Assembly: GCA_035631315.1 (NCBI GenBank)
Contig: DASQIZ010000115.1
Coordinates: forward strand, 2,846-66,845
Direction: 5' to 3'
Source: Gemmatimonadales bacterium
GTDB lineage: Bacteria > Gemmatimonadota > Gemmatimonadetes > Gemmatimonadales > GWC2-71-9
DNA: 64,000 nucleotides
Part shown: positions 55,595 through 64,000 of the stretch, piece by piece
How the letters are laid out: every line of letters starts with the position of its first letter
Position numbering within the stretch: the stretch's first letter is position 1
Notes under the pieces: model-generated
What the model was told of the DNA's origin: nothing
Seen by the model: the letters and a program-made list of their open reading frames with translations, nothing else
Database searches by the model: none
Made by a program: the position numbers and the translations under genes

Positions 55595-56706
55595 TGTACA
55601 GAATCCTGGCCCTCATCGAGCGCGAAATGCGGCGGTTCCGCCGGAACCCCGTCCTGATCATGGTTTCTCTCATCTTCCCGCTGGTGCAGCTCGTGATCCT
55701 GGGCTACGCCTTCGGTGGGAACGTGAAGCATCTCAAGCTCGCGGTCGTGGACGAGGACCAGGCCATTCCGGCGGTCCGCCTCCGGGAGCTCGCAGGCGCT
55801 ATCGCGAACAACGCGCAGACCTTTGAAACCATCCCCTACGGGGACCGCGGGACAGCGATGACCGCCCTTCGCAACGGGAAGGTGAACGGGGTCCTGACCA
55901 TCCCGCCCGGATTCTCGCGCCGGGTGTTGCAGAAGGACGACCCACGCGTCGCCCTGATCGAAGACAATACCGACAACTTCGTCGCCGCGACCCTCGGCTC
56001 CACGCTCGCCGGCATGGTCTCCGCGTACAACCAGCCGGTGGCGACCCCGGCGCTTCCGCAGAACCCGACGCTCGACGTGGTGGAGCTGTACCCCTACGTC
56101 CCGTACATCCAGTACCTGCTCCCCGGCTCGATCGTGATGTCGATCTTCATGATGGTAATGATCGGGGGCGGGATCATCTTCATCGACGACAAGGCCCGGG
56201 GCCTGCACGAGGGCTACCTGGTCACGCCGATCACCCGGTTCGAGCTGATCGCCGGATTCAATATCTCCGGCGCCATCAAGGCGGTGCTCGCGGGCTCGGT
56301 GCTCATGGTGCTGGGAACGCTGATCGCCGGGATTCCGAATCCCTTCGAGCCGCTCCGGATGATGAAGCTGTTCGTCGTCATCGTAACGTCCGCGGTCGCC
56401 CTCGTGAGCATGATGTTTCTGCTCATGGTCCGGATGTCGGACCCCCTGCTGCCGCGCGCGATCTTCGGCGTGCTCAACACGCTGCTCTTCTTCCCATCGG
56501 GCGCCGTCTATCCCCAGCAGGCATTCCCGGGCTGGATGCGGGTGATCGCCGTCGCGGATCCGTTCACTTACTCGGTGCGCGCGCTCAAGGCCATCGCGCT
56601 GAAGGACGTAGGCTTCGGCGCCATCGCCGGCGACCTCGCGTTCCTCGTGATTTTCGCGACGGTCACCATGACGCTCGCCACCTTGCTCTTCAAACGGGAA
56701 CTGTGA
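55594..56706 (+). CDS. ABC-2 type transporter permease
   Basis: N-terminal TM, periplasmic loop, five C-terminal TM helices. The start ATG 55594 (or TTG 55591) overlaps the ATPase stop. Confidence 0.8.
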   Translation: MYRILALIEREMRRFRRNPVLIMVSLIFPLVQLVILGYAFGGNVKHLKLAVVDEDQAIPAVRLRELAGAIANNAQTFETIPYGDRGTAMTALRNGKVNGVLTIPPGFSRRVLQKDDPRVALIEDNTDNFVAATLGSTLAGMVSAYNQPVATPALPQNPTLDVVELYPYVPYIQYLLPGSIVMSIFMMVMIGGGIIFIDDKARGLHEGYLVTPITRFELIAGFNISGAIKAVLAGSVLMVLGTLIAGIPNPFEPLRMMKLFVVIVTSAVALVSMMFLLMVRMSDPLLPRAIFGVLNTLLFFPSGAVYPQQAFPGWMRVIAVADPFTYSVRALKAIALKDVGFGAIAGDLAFLVIFATVTMTLATLLFKREL

Positions 56707-57347
56707 CCCCTCCCCAGGACCCGACGAGGGAGCGCCTCGTGGAGGCGGCCTCACGACTCTTCGGTCGGGAGGGCTTCCGGCAGGTGACGGTGCGGGACAT
56801 TTGTCAGGCCGCGAAGGCCAACGTGGCCGCGGTGAACTATTACTTCGGCGACAAGATGGGTCTCTACATGGAAGTGGTGGACCGCGCCATCGCCGTGATG
56901 CGGGGGACCACTGTCGCGGCACAGGAAGGGTCCCAGGGGCTCTCACCCGCAGAAAAGCTCCGCCACTACATCCGCACGTACCTCAGCGCCCTCATGCAGA
57001 GCCCGGACGCCACCACCTGGATTCACGGCATCATGAACCAGGAGATGAATGAGCCGACCAAGGCGGCAGCCAAGATCGCGCGGGAGGCGATCAGGCCGCG
57101 GGTCGAGTTTCTGGGCGGAATCCTCGCCGGGATTCTGCGATGCGATGTATCTGACCCGCGCATCCCCCGGTGCGCCGTCGCGGTGCAGAGCCATTGCCTG
57201 TGGTATGGGCGCCAGCCGCAGACCAGCGTTTTCCGTAGAGCCGCGTTCCCGGAGTGGCCCGAGGAGGCCACCACCAGGCTCGAGGGACTGGCCGATTTCA
57301 TTGCGGAATTCTCACTGGCGGGGGTGGAGGCGCAGCGTTCCATTTAG
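56703..57347 (+). CDS. TetR/AcrR-family transcriptional regulator
   Basis: RERLVEAASRLFGREGFRQVTVRDICQAAKANVAAVNYYFGDKMGLY HTH region. GTGA overlap with the permease gene. Confidence 0.9.
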   Translation: MTPPQDPTRERLVEAASRLFGREGFRQVTVRDICQAAKANVAAVNYYFGDKMGLYMEVVDRAIAVMRGTTVAAQEGSQGLSPAEKLRHYIRTYLSALMQSPDATTWIHGIMNQEMNEPTKAAAKIAREAIRPRVEFLGGILAGILRCDVSDPRIPRCAVAVQSHCLWYGRQPQTSVFRRAAFPEWPEEATTRLEGLADFIAEFSLAGVEAQRSI

Positions 57348-57350
57348 GGT

Positions 57351-57848
57351 ATGCGGATCGCCCTGATCGTCATCGGTGTGGTAGTCGGACTGGTTGCCAT
57401 CGTCGCACTCATCGGGGCCTTGCTCCCCGTGAAGCACCAGGTGACCCGCGAAGCGACCTTCAAGATCTCCCCCGACAAGCTCTTCGCTCTGATCAGCTCC
57501 CCAATGGACTTTCCCAGGTGGCGTACCGGCGTGAAGAGCGTCGAGATGCTGCCGTCGGGCGGGGGCCTGCCCAAATGGACTGAAGTCTCATCCGACGGAA
57601 CCATCACCTACGCGGTGACGCAATCGGTTGCGGGCGTCCAGCTGGTCACCACCATCGCCGACCGGAGTCTGCCCTTCGGCGGGAGCTGGACTTACGTGCT
57701 CGCCCCGGCGGGCTCGGACTCGACCACCCTGCGGATCACGGAGGATGGCGAGGTCTACAATGTCATCTTCCGCTTCATGTCCCGGTTCGTGTTCGGTCAC
57801 ACGAGCGGGATCGAGCGGTATCTCAAGGACGTGCAGCAGCGCGCCTGA
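57351..57848 (+). CDS. membrane-anchored SRPBCC (polyketide cyclase/dehydrase-like) protein
   Basis: N-terminal TM then a PVKHQVTREATFKISPDKLFALISSPMDFPRW START/SRPBCC-like fold signature. Confidence 0.7.
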   Translation: MRIALIVIGVVVGLVAIVALIGALLPVKHQVTREATFKISPDKLFALISSPMDFPRWRTGVKSVEMLPSGGGLPKWTEVSSDGTITYAVTQSVAGVQLVTTIADRSLPFGGSWTYVLAPAGSDSTTLRITEDGEVYNVIFRFMSRFVFGHTSGIERYLKDVQQRA

Positions 57849-60021
57849 ACGAGAAGGTCCCCGGTTCGTCGTGGTCACTGCAATTCGAGTGCACCGTCAA
57901 CGTGCCGACGAGCAAACTCCCCTCATTCGCCTCCATCCCGCCGCCCGTGATCTCGCCGCCGCACGACTTGGCCGGATAGGTGAATACCAGGCGCCAGGTC
58001 AAGATGGTGCCGAGGTGGTGGACGCTCAGGGGTCCAGTAATGGCGCCCTTCCCGACGTTCGCCTCTCCCGTGAGCGAGTCTCCGGCGGAGCTCAGCGAGA
58101 AGGTCGTCGGGAACCGCTCGTGATCTTCGATGCGGAGGTCGCCCGTCCAGGGTCCCACGACATCGTGCGACGTGTCCTCCACCTGGGGGGCATCGAGCGT
58201 AAAAGCGTAGACGTAGTCGCCGAGCAGGGGCGGGCCGATGTGCAGGCGGTCATGGCCGCCGGCGGCGATCACCACATACTGACGCCCGCCCACCGAGTAC
58301 GTCATGGGAAGCGCATGGCCATTCGCGGCGAGGGGCATGCCCCAGAGGGTCTCGCCGGTCGAGAGGTTCACGGCACGAAGATGACCGTCGAGGGAGGCCG
58401 CGACGAACGCGAGCCCGCCTTTGGTGAGCAAGACGCCGCCCAGGGACGGCGATCCCGTCTTGAGGCTGTCCAATCCGGGAATCTCGCCGAGCGGCACGCG
58501 CCACTTGGTGCGGCCATGGGTGAGGTCGAATCCCACCAACTCACCCCAGGGCGGAGGCGTGCAGGGTGCGCCATTCGGGCTGAGCATGTTCTGGCGCATG
58601 GAAACGTACGGCGTCCCGCGCTGCGAGCCGAATTCCGTGTCGGGGTGCCGCTTGCGGACCGCGTCCGCCGAGTCGCGCGGGATCAAGGTCACGACCATCG
58701 CGATCTGATTGAGCGGGGCGACCATCAGCCCGTCCGCCTCGTCGATCGAAATGCCCGACCAGTTGAATCCGCCCACATGTCCCGGGAAGTGAATGGATCC
58801 TTGCAACGAGGACGGCGTGAAGATCCCCTGATACCGCAGTGAGTCCATCCACGCCTGACAGAACGCTTTGCCCTCTGCCGTTACTCCGAACGCCGACGGA
58901 AGGCTCTCCGCCACGAACCGATAGGCGGAAGGCGGGAAGGGCTGAGTCGGGGAGGACTGCTCTCCCGGGATGTCCGACCGGGGAACGCGTCGCTCCTCGA
59001 CTGGGACCAAGGGCTTTCCGCTCCGGCGATCGAGGATGAACAAGTGGCCCATCTTGGTGGCGACGGCGAGGGCTGGATACGAGCGGCCATTCTTGTGGAG
59101 CGTGAATGCGACCGGTTGCGCCGGCACGTCGTAGTCCCAGAGGTCGTGATGCACTACCTGGAAGGACCAGACGACCTTTCCCGTGGATGCCCTGATCGCG
59201 ACCACGGAGTTGGCGTAGCGATCCTCGCCGGCGCGATTGACGCCGTAGAAATCCGGTGACTCGCTGCCGACCGGCACAAACACGAGATCGCGTGACGGAT
59301 CGGTTGAAATGATGCTCCAGGCGTTCGCAGCGCCATTCTTGGGACCTGCGGGCACCGGATCAAAGCTCCACCGCAACGCACCCGTCCGCGCATCGAACGC
59401 CCGCACCACGCCACTCGGCGCATTCGCCCGCACGTTGTCCGAGATGGACGACCCGACGACGAGGAGATCGCCGATCACGGCGGGTGGCGACGTCACTTCG
59501 TATTCGCCGGGGTAGGCCGGGGGGTTCACGATGCCCTTCGCCAAGTCGACCGTCCCTGAGTCCCCGAAGGTCCGGATCGGCTTTCCAGTCACGGCATCGA
59601 GAGCGATGAGGCGCGCGTCGACGGTGGCAAGGTAGACTCGGCCTCCCTTGGCATCGTGCCAGTACGAGACTCCGCGGTTCGCGAAGTCTCCGTAGTCGCG
59701 GGTCAGGTCGACGCGAGCGTCGTACGTCCACCGTTCCGCGCCCGTCGTCGGATCGAGTGCCGAGACGCGGCCGATGGGAGTCGAGACGTAGAGCAGGCCA
59801 TTCACGAAGAGCGGTGTGTCCTCGAAGCGGCTGCTCATGTGCATCAGGTCGCCGGTGCGGTACACCCAGGCGAGCTTGAGCCGGGTGACATTGGTGGTGT
59901 CGATCTGCGAGAGGGGCGAGAACCGTGACCCACCCGCGTCGTGGCCGTAGGCCGTCCAGTCGGTCTGCGCCTGCGCGGATACCAGCGAGGGCAGGAGTAC
60001 GAGCGCGGTCAGGATTCTCAT
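57823..60021 (-). CDS. secreted PQQ-dependent dehydrogenase (glucose/sugar dehydrogenase-like) with C-terminal extension
   Basis: TDWTAYGHDAGGSRFSPLSQI start of the quinoprotein propeller and repeated W-motifs. Signal [18 protein letters not shown]. About 120 extra C-terminal residues. Confidence 0.8.
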   Translation of the reverse strand: MRILTALVLLPSLVSAQAQTDWTAYGHDAGGSRFSPLSQIDTTNVTRLKLAWVYRTGDLMHMSSRFEDTPLFVNGLLYVSTPIGRVSALDPTTGAERWTYDARVDLTRDYGDFANRGVSYWHDAKGGRVYLATVDARLIALDAVTGKPIRTFGDSGTVDLAKGIVNPPAYPGEYEVTSPPAVIGDLLVVGSSISDNVRANAPSGVVRAFDARTGALRWSFDPVPAGPKNGAANAWSIISTDPSRDLVFVPVGSESPDFYGVNRAGEDRYANSVVAIRASTGKVVWSFQVVHHDLWDYDVPAQPVAFTLHKNGRSYPALAVATKMGHLFILDRRSGKPLVPVEERRVPRSDIPGEQSSPTQPFPPSAYRFVAESLPSAFGVTAEGKAFCQAWMDSLRYQGIFTPSSLQGSIHFPGHVGGFNWSGISIDEADGLMVAPLNQIAMVVTLIPRDSADAVRKRHPDTEFGSQRGTPYVSMRQNMLSPNGAPCTPPPWGELVGFDLTHGRTKWRVPLGEIPGLDSLKTGSPSLGGVLLTKGGLAFVAASLDGHLRAVNLSTGETLWGMPLAANGHALPMTYSVGGRQYVVIAAGGHDRLHIGPPLLGDYVYAFTLDAPQVEDTSHDVVGPWTGDLRIEDHERFPTTFSLSSAGDSLTGEANVGKGAITGPLSVHHLGTILTWRLVFTYPAKSCGGEITGGGMEANEGSLLVGTLTVHSNCSDHDEPGTFSFRRAAARP

Positions 60022-60416
60022 CGTCTGCCCCGTTCCGCCCGCGCGACGAGCGCGATCCCACCCCGGACGTTCTGGTGAACATCCACCGCGACCCACTTCG
60101 GCTCGATGGCGTAGACGACGTCATCGGCGATCTGCGCCGCGAGCGTTTCACAGAAGCTCCCCACGTCCCGGAAGCTCCAGAGGTAGTACTTCACGGCTTT
60201 GGACTCGAGGCACTTCGCGTCGGGGACGTAGGTGATCACGACGTGTCCGAAGTCCGGCTGTCCGGTCTTGGGGCAGATGGACGTGAACTCCATCGCCTCG
60301 AGCGAGACTTCCTGGACATTGGGCGCCGGGAACGCCTCGGCCTTCAGGACCTCGCGGGCCTGATCGGGATTTTCGGGCCTCGGCAGGGGGCCTTTAGGCG
60401 GCAGCTTCTGGGGCAT
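60018..60416 (-). CDS. queF: NADPH-dependent 7-cyano-7-deazaguanine reductase
   Basis: [13 protein letters not shown] catalytic Cys motif and [13 protein letters not shown] QueF motif. GGAGGA ribosome-binding site. ATGA overlap with the downstream PQQ dehydrogenase gene. Confidence 0.9.
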   Translation of the reverse strand: MPQKLPPKGPLPRPENPDQAREVLKAEAFPAPNVQEVSLEAMEFTSICPKTGQPDFGHVVITYVPDAKCLESKAVKYYLWSFRDVGSFCETLAAQIADDVVYAIEPKWVAVDVHQNVRGGIALVARAERGRR

Positions 60417-60465
60417 GTGGTTCCTCCAGCCCGAAATCGAACCGCCAATGCGATATTCCTCAACC

Positions 60466-61143
60466 ATGTCAAAGGCCGTCGTGCTCCTGTCGGGCGGAAT
60501 GGACTCCGCCACCACGCTCGCCATCGCCAAGCGTGGGGGATTCGACTGTCTGGCCCTCTCCTTCTCTTATGGTCAGCGCCACGCGCTCGAGCTTGAGGCG
60601 GCGAAGCGTGTGGCGAAGCAGTTCGGCGCCCGCCACGAAACGGCGACGATCGACCTGCGAGCCATGGGGGGATCGGCCCTGACAGCCGACATCCCGGTGC
60701 CCAAAGACCGTCCCCTCAACGAGATGGGCACGGACATCCCGGTCACATATGTCCCGGCCCGGAACACGATTTTCCTCTCGTTGGCCCTTGGGTGGGCCGA
60801 GGTGACGGAGGCCCGGGACATCTTTCTGGGCGTGAACGCGCTCGATTACTCCGGGTATCCGGACTGCCGGCCCGAGTACATCGCGGCATTCGAGCAGATG
60901 GCGAATCTGGGGACCAAGGCGGGAGTGGAGGGGAAGGGGTTTTCGGTGCACACCCCGCTGATTCGGATGACCAAGAAAGCAATCGTGGCCAAGGGGATCG
61001 AGTTGGGTGTCGATTTCGGCATGACCGTCAGCTGCTACGATCCGGCCCCCGGTCCGTTGGCCTGCGGCCGCTGCGACGCGTGTCTGCTGCGGCTCAAGGC
61101 ATTCGAGGAGCTGGGCCGGAAGGACCCGGCGGCCTACCGATGA
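60466..61143 (+). CDS. queC: 7-cyano-7-deazaguanine synthase
   Basis: [12 protein letters not shown]-loop and C-terminal zinc cysteines SCYDP...CGRCDAC. Confidence 0.9.
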   Translation: MSKAVVLLSGGMDSATTLAIAKRGGFDCLALSFSYGQRHALELEAAKRVAKQFGARHETATIDLRAMGGSALTADIPVPKDRPLNEMGTDIPVTYVPARNTIFLSLALGWAEVTEARDIFLGVNALDYSGYPDCRPEYIAAFEQMANLGTKAGVEGKGFSVHTPLIRMTKKAIVAKGIELGVDFGMTVSCYDPAPGPLACGRCDACLLRLKAFEELGRKDPAAYR

Positions 61144-61772
61144 GTTACGCGGTCAAAGAGATCTTCTATACGCTGCAGGGCGAGGGCGCGAACAGCGGCC
61201 GCCCCGCGGTGTTCCTGCGGTTCGCCGGATGCAATCTCTGGACGGGACGGGAGAAGGACCGGCAGAACGCCATCTGCCGGTTCTGCGATACGGAGTTCGT
61301 CGGCACTGATGGTCCGGGGGGCGGGTCGTTCGCCACTGCGGAGTCCCTCGCGGCCGCGGTGACCTCGGCCTGGCAAGGCGAGGCGACGCTCAAGCTCGTG
61401 GTCTGCACCGGAGGAGAGCCACTGCTCCAGCTCGACGAACCCCTCATCGAGGCGTTGCACCGGGCGCGCTTCACGGTCGCGATCGAGACCAACGGCACGC
61501 AGCTCGTTCCCCGCGGAGTCGACTGGGTGTGCGTGAGCCCGAAGGCAGAGGCGGAGTTGATCGTGAAGGCGGGGGACGAGCTGAAGCTGGTGTATCCCCA
61601 GGAAGGTGGCGACCCTGACCGGTACGACGACCTCGCGTTCAAGCACTTCTATCTCCAGCCCATGGACGGCCCGGACCGGGAGTGGAATACCAAGCTCGCG
61701 ATGGCGTACTGCCTCGCGCACCCCCGCTGGCGCCTGAGCCTGCAGACTCACAAGTATCTGGGGATTCCCTGA
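61140..61772 (+). CDS. queE: 7-carboxy-7-deazaguanine synthase (radical SAM)
   Basis: [10 protein letters not shown] and the C-X14-C-X2-C cluster motif ([19 protein letters not shown]). ATGA overlap with queC. Confidence 0.9.
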   Translation: MSYAVKEIFYTLQGEGANSGRPAVFLRFAGCNLWTGREKDRQNAICRFCDTEFVGTDGPGGGSFATAESLAAAVTSAWQGEATLKLVVCTGGEPLLQLDEPLIEALHRARFTVAIETNGTQLVPRGVDWVCVSPKAEAELIVKAGDELKLVYPQEGGDPDRYDDLAFKHFYLQPMDGPDREWNTKLAMAYCLAHPRWRLSLQTHKYLGIP

Positions 61773-61773
61773 C

Positions 61774-62136
61774 GTGGAGATCTTCAAGGAGTTCACCTTC
61801 GAGGCCGCGCATCACCTCCCCAACGTCCCGCCGGCGCACCCGTGTGCGCGTGTGCACGGGCACTCGTTCACGCTGCGGGTGTCGGTGCGGGGGCCGCTCG
61901 ATGCCAAGGCCGGGTGGGTCGTGGACTTCGCAGGACTTGTCGACGTCGCGGCGCCGATGATCGCCGAGCTCGACCATCACGACTTGAACGGAATCCCGGG
62001 GCTCGAGAATCCCACGACGGAGCTGCTGGCGCGCTGGGTCTGGCGGCGGCTCAAGCCTCAGCTCCCTGGACTCTCATACATCGAGCTTCGGGAGACTGCG
62101 ACGACAGGATGTCGTTACGCTGGTGAGGACGACTAG
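61774..62136 (+). CDS. queD: 6-carboxy-5,6,7,8-tetrahydropterin synthase
   Basis: FTFEAAHHLP, C..VHGHSF zinc/catalytic motifs. GTG start 1 nt after the queE stop. Confidence 0.9.
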   Translation: MEIFKEFTFEAAHHLPNVPPAHPCARVHGHSFTLRVSVRGPLDAKAGWVVDFAGLVDVAAPMIAELDHHDLNGIPGLENPTTELLARWVWRRLKPQLPGLSYIELRETATTGCRYAGEDD

Positions 62137-62636
62137 GCAGGCTTCGCCGTAGCCAGCTCGCCGATCGGGAGCGTGCCCACCGCGGTGTTCTGACCGGTAA
62201 CGATCCGCCGGTGGTAGTCGATCTGGCCGAGGTGGTAGGTGAGATGGGTGACGAGGTGGAGTAGCGCATCTCCGACGGTCAGTTGCTGCCCGCCGATCGG
62301 TTGTCCGAACGGCCTGCCCAGGTCCGCTTCTGTGACGTGTCCCAATCCCTTCTGCATCGCCGCGAACGCGGCCTCGATTTCCGTGAGTACTTCGGCGCGC
62401 GGCACATCCTTCCGCGCGAACTCAGCGTTGCGGTCCCGGATGTAGCCGCTGGACCCCAGCACCGCGCCGATGAAGTAGCGCACGTTGCCGGCGAGGTGCA
62501 GCGCCAGGTTGCCGCCGGAGTTACTGATCCCGGGCACGACCTTCCACATGTCCCGTTCATCAGGGTAGGCGGCTATCTCACGTTTCAGGGACTTCAGATC
62601 GCGGGCGTAGGCGGCGGCGAACCAGGCGGGGTTCAT
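62133..62636 (-). CDS. DinB-family (DUF1572-like) metalloenzyme-fold protein
   Basis: NLALHLAGN and HLVTHLTYHLGQIDYHRR His-triad pattern of the DinB/YfiT fold. Confidence 0.8.
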   Translation of the reverse strand: MNPAWFAAAYARDLKSLKREIAAYPDERDMWKVVPGISNSGGNLALHLAGNVRYFIGAVLGSSGYIRDRNAEFARKDVPRAEVLTEIEAAFAAMQKGLGHVTEADLGRPFGQPIGGQQLTVGDALLHLVTHLTYHLGQIDYHRRIVTGQNTAVGTLPIGELATAKPA

Positions 62637-62639
62637 AGG

Positions 62640-62676
62640 GAAATACTAGCCGCTAAGTCGCCAAGTCGCTAAGTCT
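62640..62676. repeat. GAAATACTAGCCG leader + three tandem 8-mers (CTAAGTCG CCAAGTCG CTAAGTCT)
   Basis: Second copy of the element at 52421..52465. Lies between the divergent dinB-family and permease genes. Confidence 0.7.
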
Positions 62677-62740
62677 GTAGTTCCGCGCAACCATTACCTG
62701 GCTGCATTCATCCAATAGGCAATCCTTTTCGGGGACCCCT

Positions 62741-64000
62741 GTGCATTTCGAATCCTTGCGCGCCGACACCGTCTACGCACTGCGCGGTTTCCGCGCTCGC
62801 CCCGGCCTCGTCAGTGTCATCGTCCTCGTCTTCGCTCTCGGCCTGGGCGCCAATGCCACGATGTTCGGCGTTCTGGACCGGCTTCTCCTCAGGGCCCCCG
62901 ATCACGTCACCGATCCTGACCGCGTGTACGGCGTCGGGACGCACACCATCGGCGAGCCGTGGACCCAGAGCACGTTCTCGTACGCGGACTATGCGGATTT
63001 CCGGGACAACGTCCCGGGCTTCGTCGACGTGGCCGCCGCCACCATGGCCGTCACCAACCAGCGCCAGAACTTCCCGCTCGGTAGAGGCGCCAGCGCCGAT
63101 CGGGTCGCAGGCGAACTGGTGAGCTGGAACTTCTTTCGGACTCTTGGCGTGCGTCCGGCGCTGGGGCGCTTCTTCCTTCCGGGGGACGACAGCACGGGCG
63201 CCGACCGGGCGGCGGTCATCGGGTACGGGTTCTGGCGCCGGCACTTCGGGGGACGTGCCGACGCCATCGGCCGTCAGATCGAGATCGGGAAGTACCGGTA
63301 CACCGTGGTGGGTGTGGCGCCGAAGGGCTTCACTGGTGTGGAGCTGCCTGAAGAAGACGTCTGGCTCCCGGTGCACGTAGCGGATGGCCTCCGGTTCGAC
63401 GCCACGTCCCAATGGGACAAGAGCCGGACCTCCCAGTGGCTGCGCATTGTGGGACGCCTCCGCCCTGGCGTGTCGGCGGCACAGGCGCGGGATCAGGCGA
63501 CGTCCGTGTACCGGGGGATGGAGGAACAGCGGATCGCGCAGCATCCCGATTGGAGCCGGTGGATTCATCCCGACTCTGAAGTCGCTGTGATGCCTTCCAT
63601 CATTCCTTCCAAGGCTGTGTCCGACGCTGACAGCGACGTAAAGATCGCGGTGCTCCTCTCCGCGATGGCGGTCGTGGTACTGATCATCGCCTGCGCCAAC
63701 GTCGCCAACCTGCTGCTCGTCCGTGCGCTGGCCCGCCGCCGGGAGGTCGCAGTCCGCCTGGCACTCGGCGTCAGCCGCGGCCGGCTGATCAGCCAGCTGC
63801 TGGTCGAAGGTGTGATGCTGGCGGGGATGGGAGAAGCCGGCGCGCTCATCATCGCGCTCTGGGGCTCCAGGGCCATCCGCTCGCTGTTGCTCGGTGACGC
63901 TGCCTGGGTCGGATCGGGGATCGACTGGCGGGTCTTCGGATTCACCACCGTCGTGGCTGTCGCTACCGGGCTGGTCACGGCGCTGGTGCCCGCGCTGCAG
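62741..64000 (+). CDS. ADOP-type / MacB-like FtsX permease, N-terminal 420 codons (3' end outside window)
   Basis: Not in the supplied ORF track. I translated it by hand from GTG 62741: [50 protein letters not shown]..., then a periplasmic domain, then [54 protein letters not shown]. The frame is open to base 64000. Confidence 0.8.
   Translation, partial: MHFESLRADTVYALRGFRARPGLVSVIVLVFALGLGANATMFGVLDRLLLRAPDHVTDPDRVYGVGTHTIGEPWTQSTFSYADYADFRDNVPGFVDVAAATMAVTNQRQNFPLGRGASADRVAGELVSWNFFRTLGVRPALGRFFLPGDDSTGADRAAVIGYGFWRRHFGGRADAIGRQIEIGKYRYTVVGVAPKGFTGVELPEEDVWLPVHVADGLRFDATSQWDKSRTSQWLRIVGRLRPGVSAAQARDQATSVYRGMEEQRIAQHPDWSRWIHPDSEVAVMPSIIPSKAVSDADSDVKIAVLLSAMAVVVLIIACANVANLLLVRALARRREVAVRLALGVSRGRLISQLLVEGVMLAGMGEAGALIIALWGSRAIRSLLLGDAAWVGSGIDWRVFGFTTVVAVATGLVTALVPALQ

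Noticed and set aside
60417-60465. preQ1 riboswitch between the divergent queF and queC genes
   Set aside because: Only 49 bp are available, shared by two divergent promoters and ribosome-binding sites. No preQ1-type hairpin with an A-rich tail is visible.

Overview
High-G+C bacterial chromosomal segment. The gene content (an ADOP-type orphan permease, many lipoproteins, BNR/sortilin-like and TonB-dependent proteins, TPR/CHAT, PQQ enzymes) suggests Gemmatimonadota or Acidobacteriota, but that is only an inference. I support about 62 protein-coding genes, tightly packed, many with 4-nt stop/start overlaps (ATGA/GTGA). I saw no rRNA, tRNA, CRISPR array, transposase or integrase. Recognisable content: a hipBA toxin-antitoxin pair with its operator; M28 peptidase; GH89 alpha-N-acetylglucosaminidase; a DUF3857/transglutaminase giant protein; an ArsR-SRPBCC operon; a small ceruloplasmin-like multicopper oxidase; three ABC export systems (a MacAB-like system with two FtsX permeases, a three-gene ABC-2 system, and HlyD-ABC-ABC2-TetR); an ECF sigma / anti-sigma / TPR-CHAT module; a receptor Ser/Thr kinase coupled to a SARP-P-loop regulator; a lanthanide-type XoxF-like PQQ dehydrogenase with cytochrome c next to a TonB-dependent receptor; Ogt; queF and queC-queE-queD; DinB. 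The best candidates for something undescribed are: the sigma/anti-sigma/CHAT module with its divergent lower-G+C lipoprotein island; the kinase-SARP-lipoprotein module; a secreted protein with copper-monooxygenase-like ligand spacing; a small membrane-protein gene interrupted by an in-frame TGA; an orphan terminator/leader in a repeat-rich 490-bp intergenic region; and two repeat families (AACCCCGGGG hairpins and 8-bp CYAAGTSG tandem repeats). All functional calls come from motif recognition by eye, with no database search. Start codons are often uncertain.
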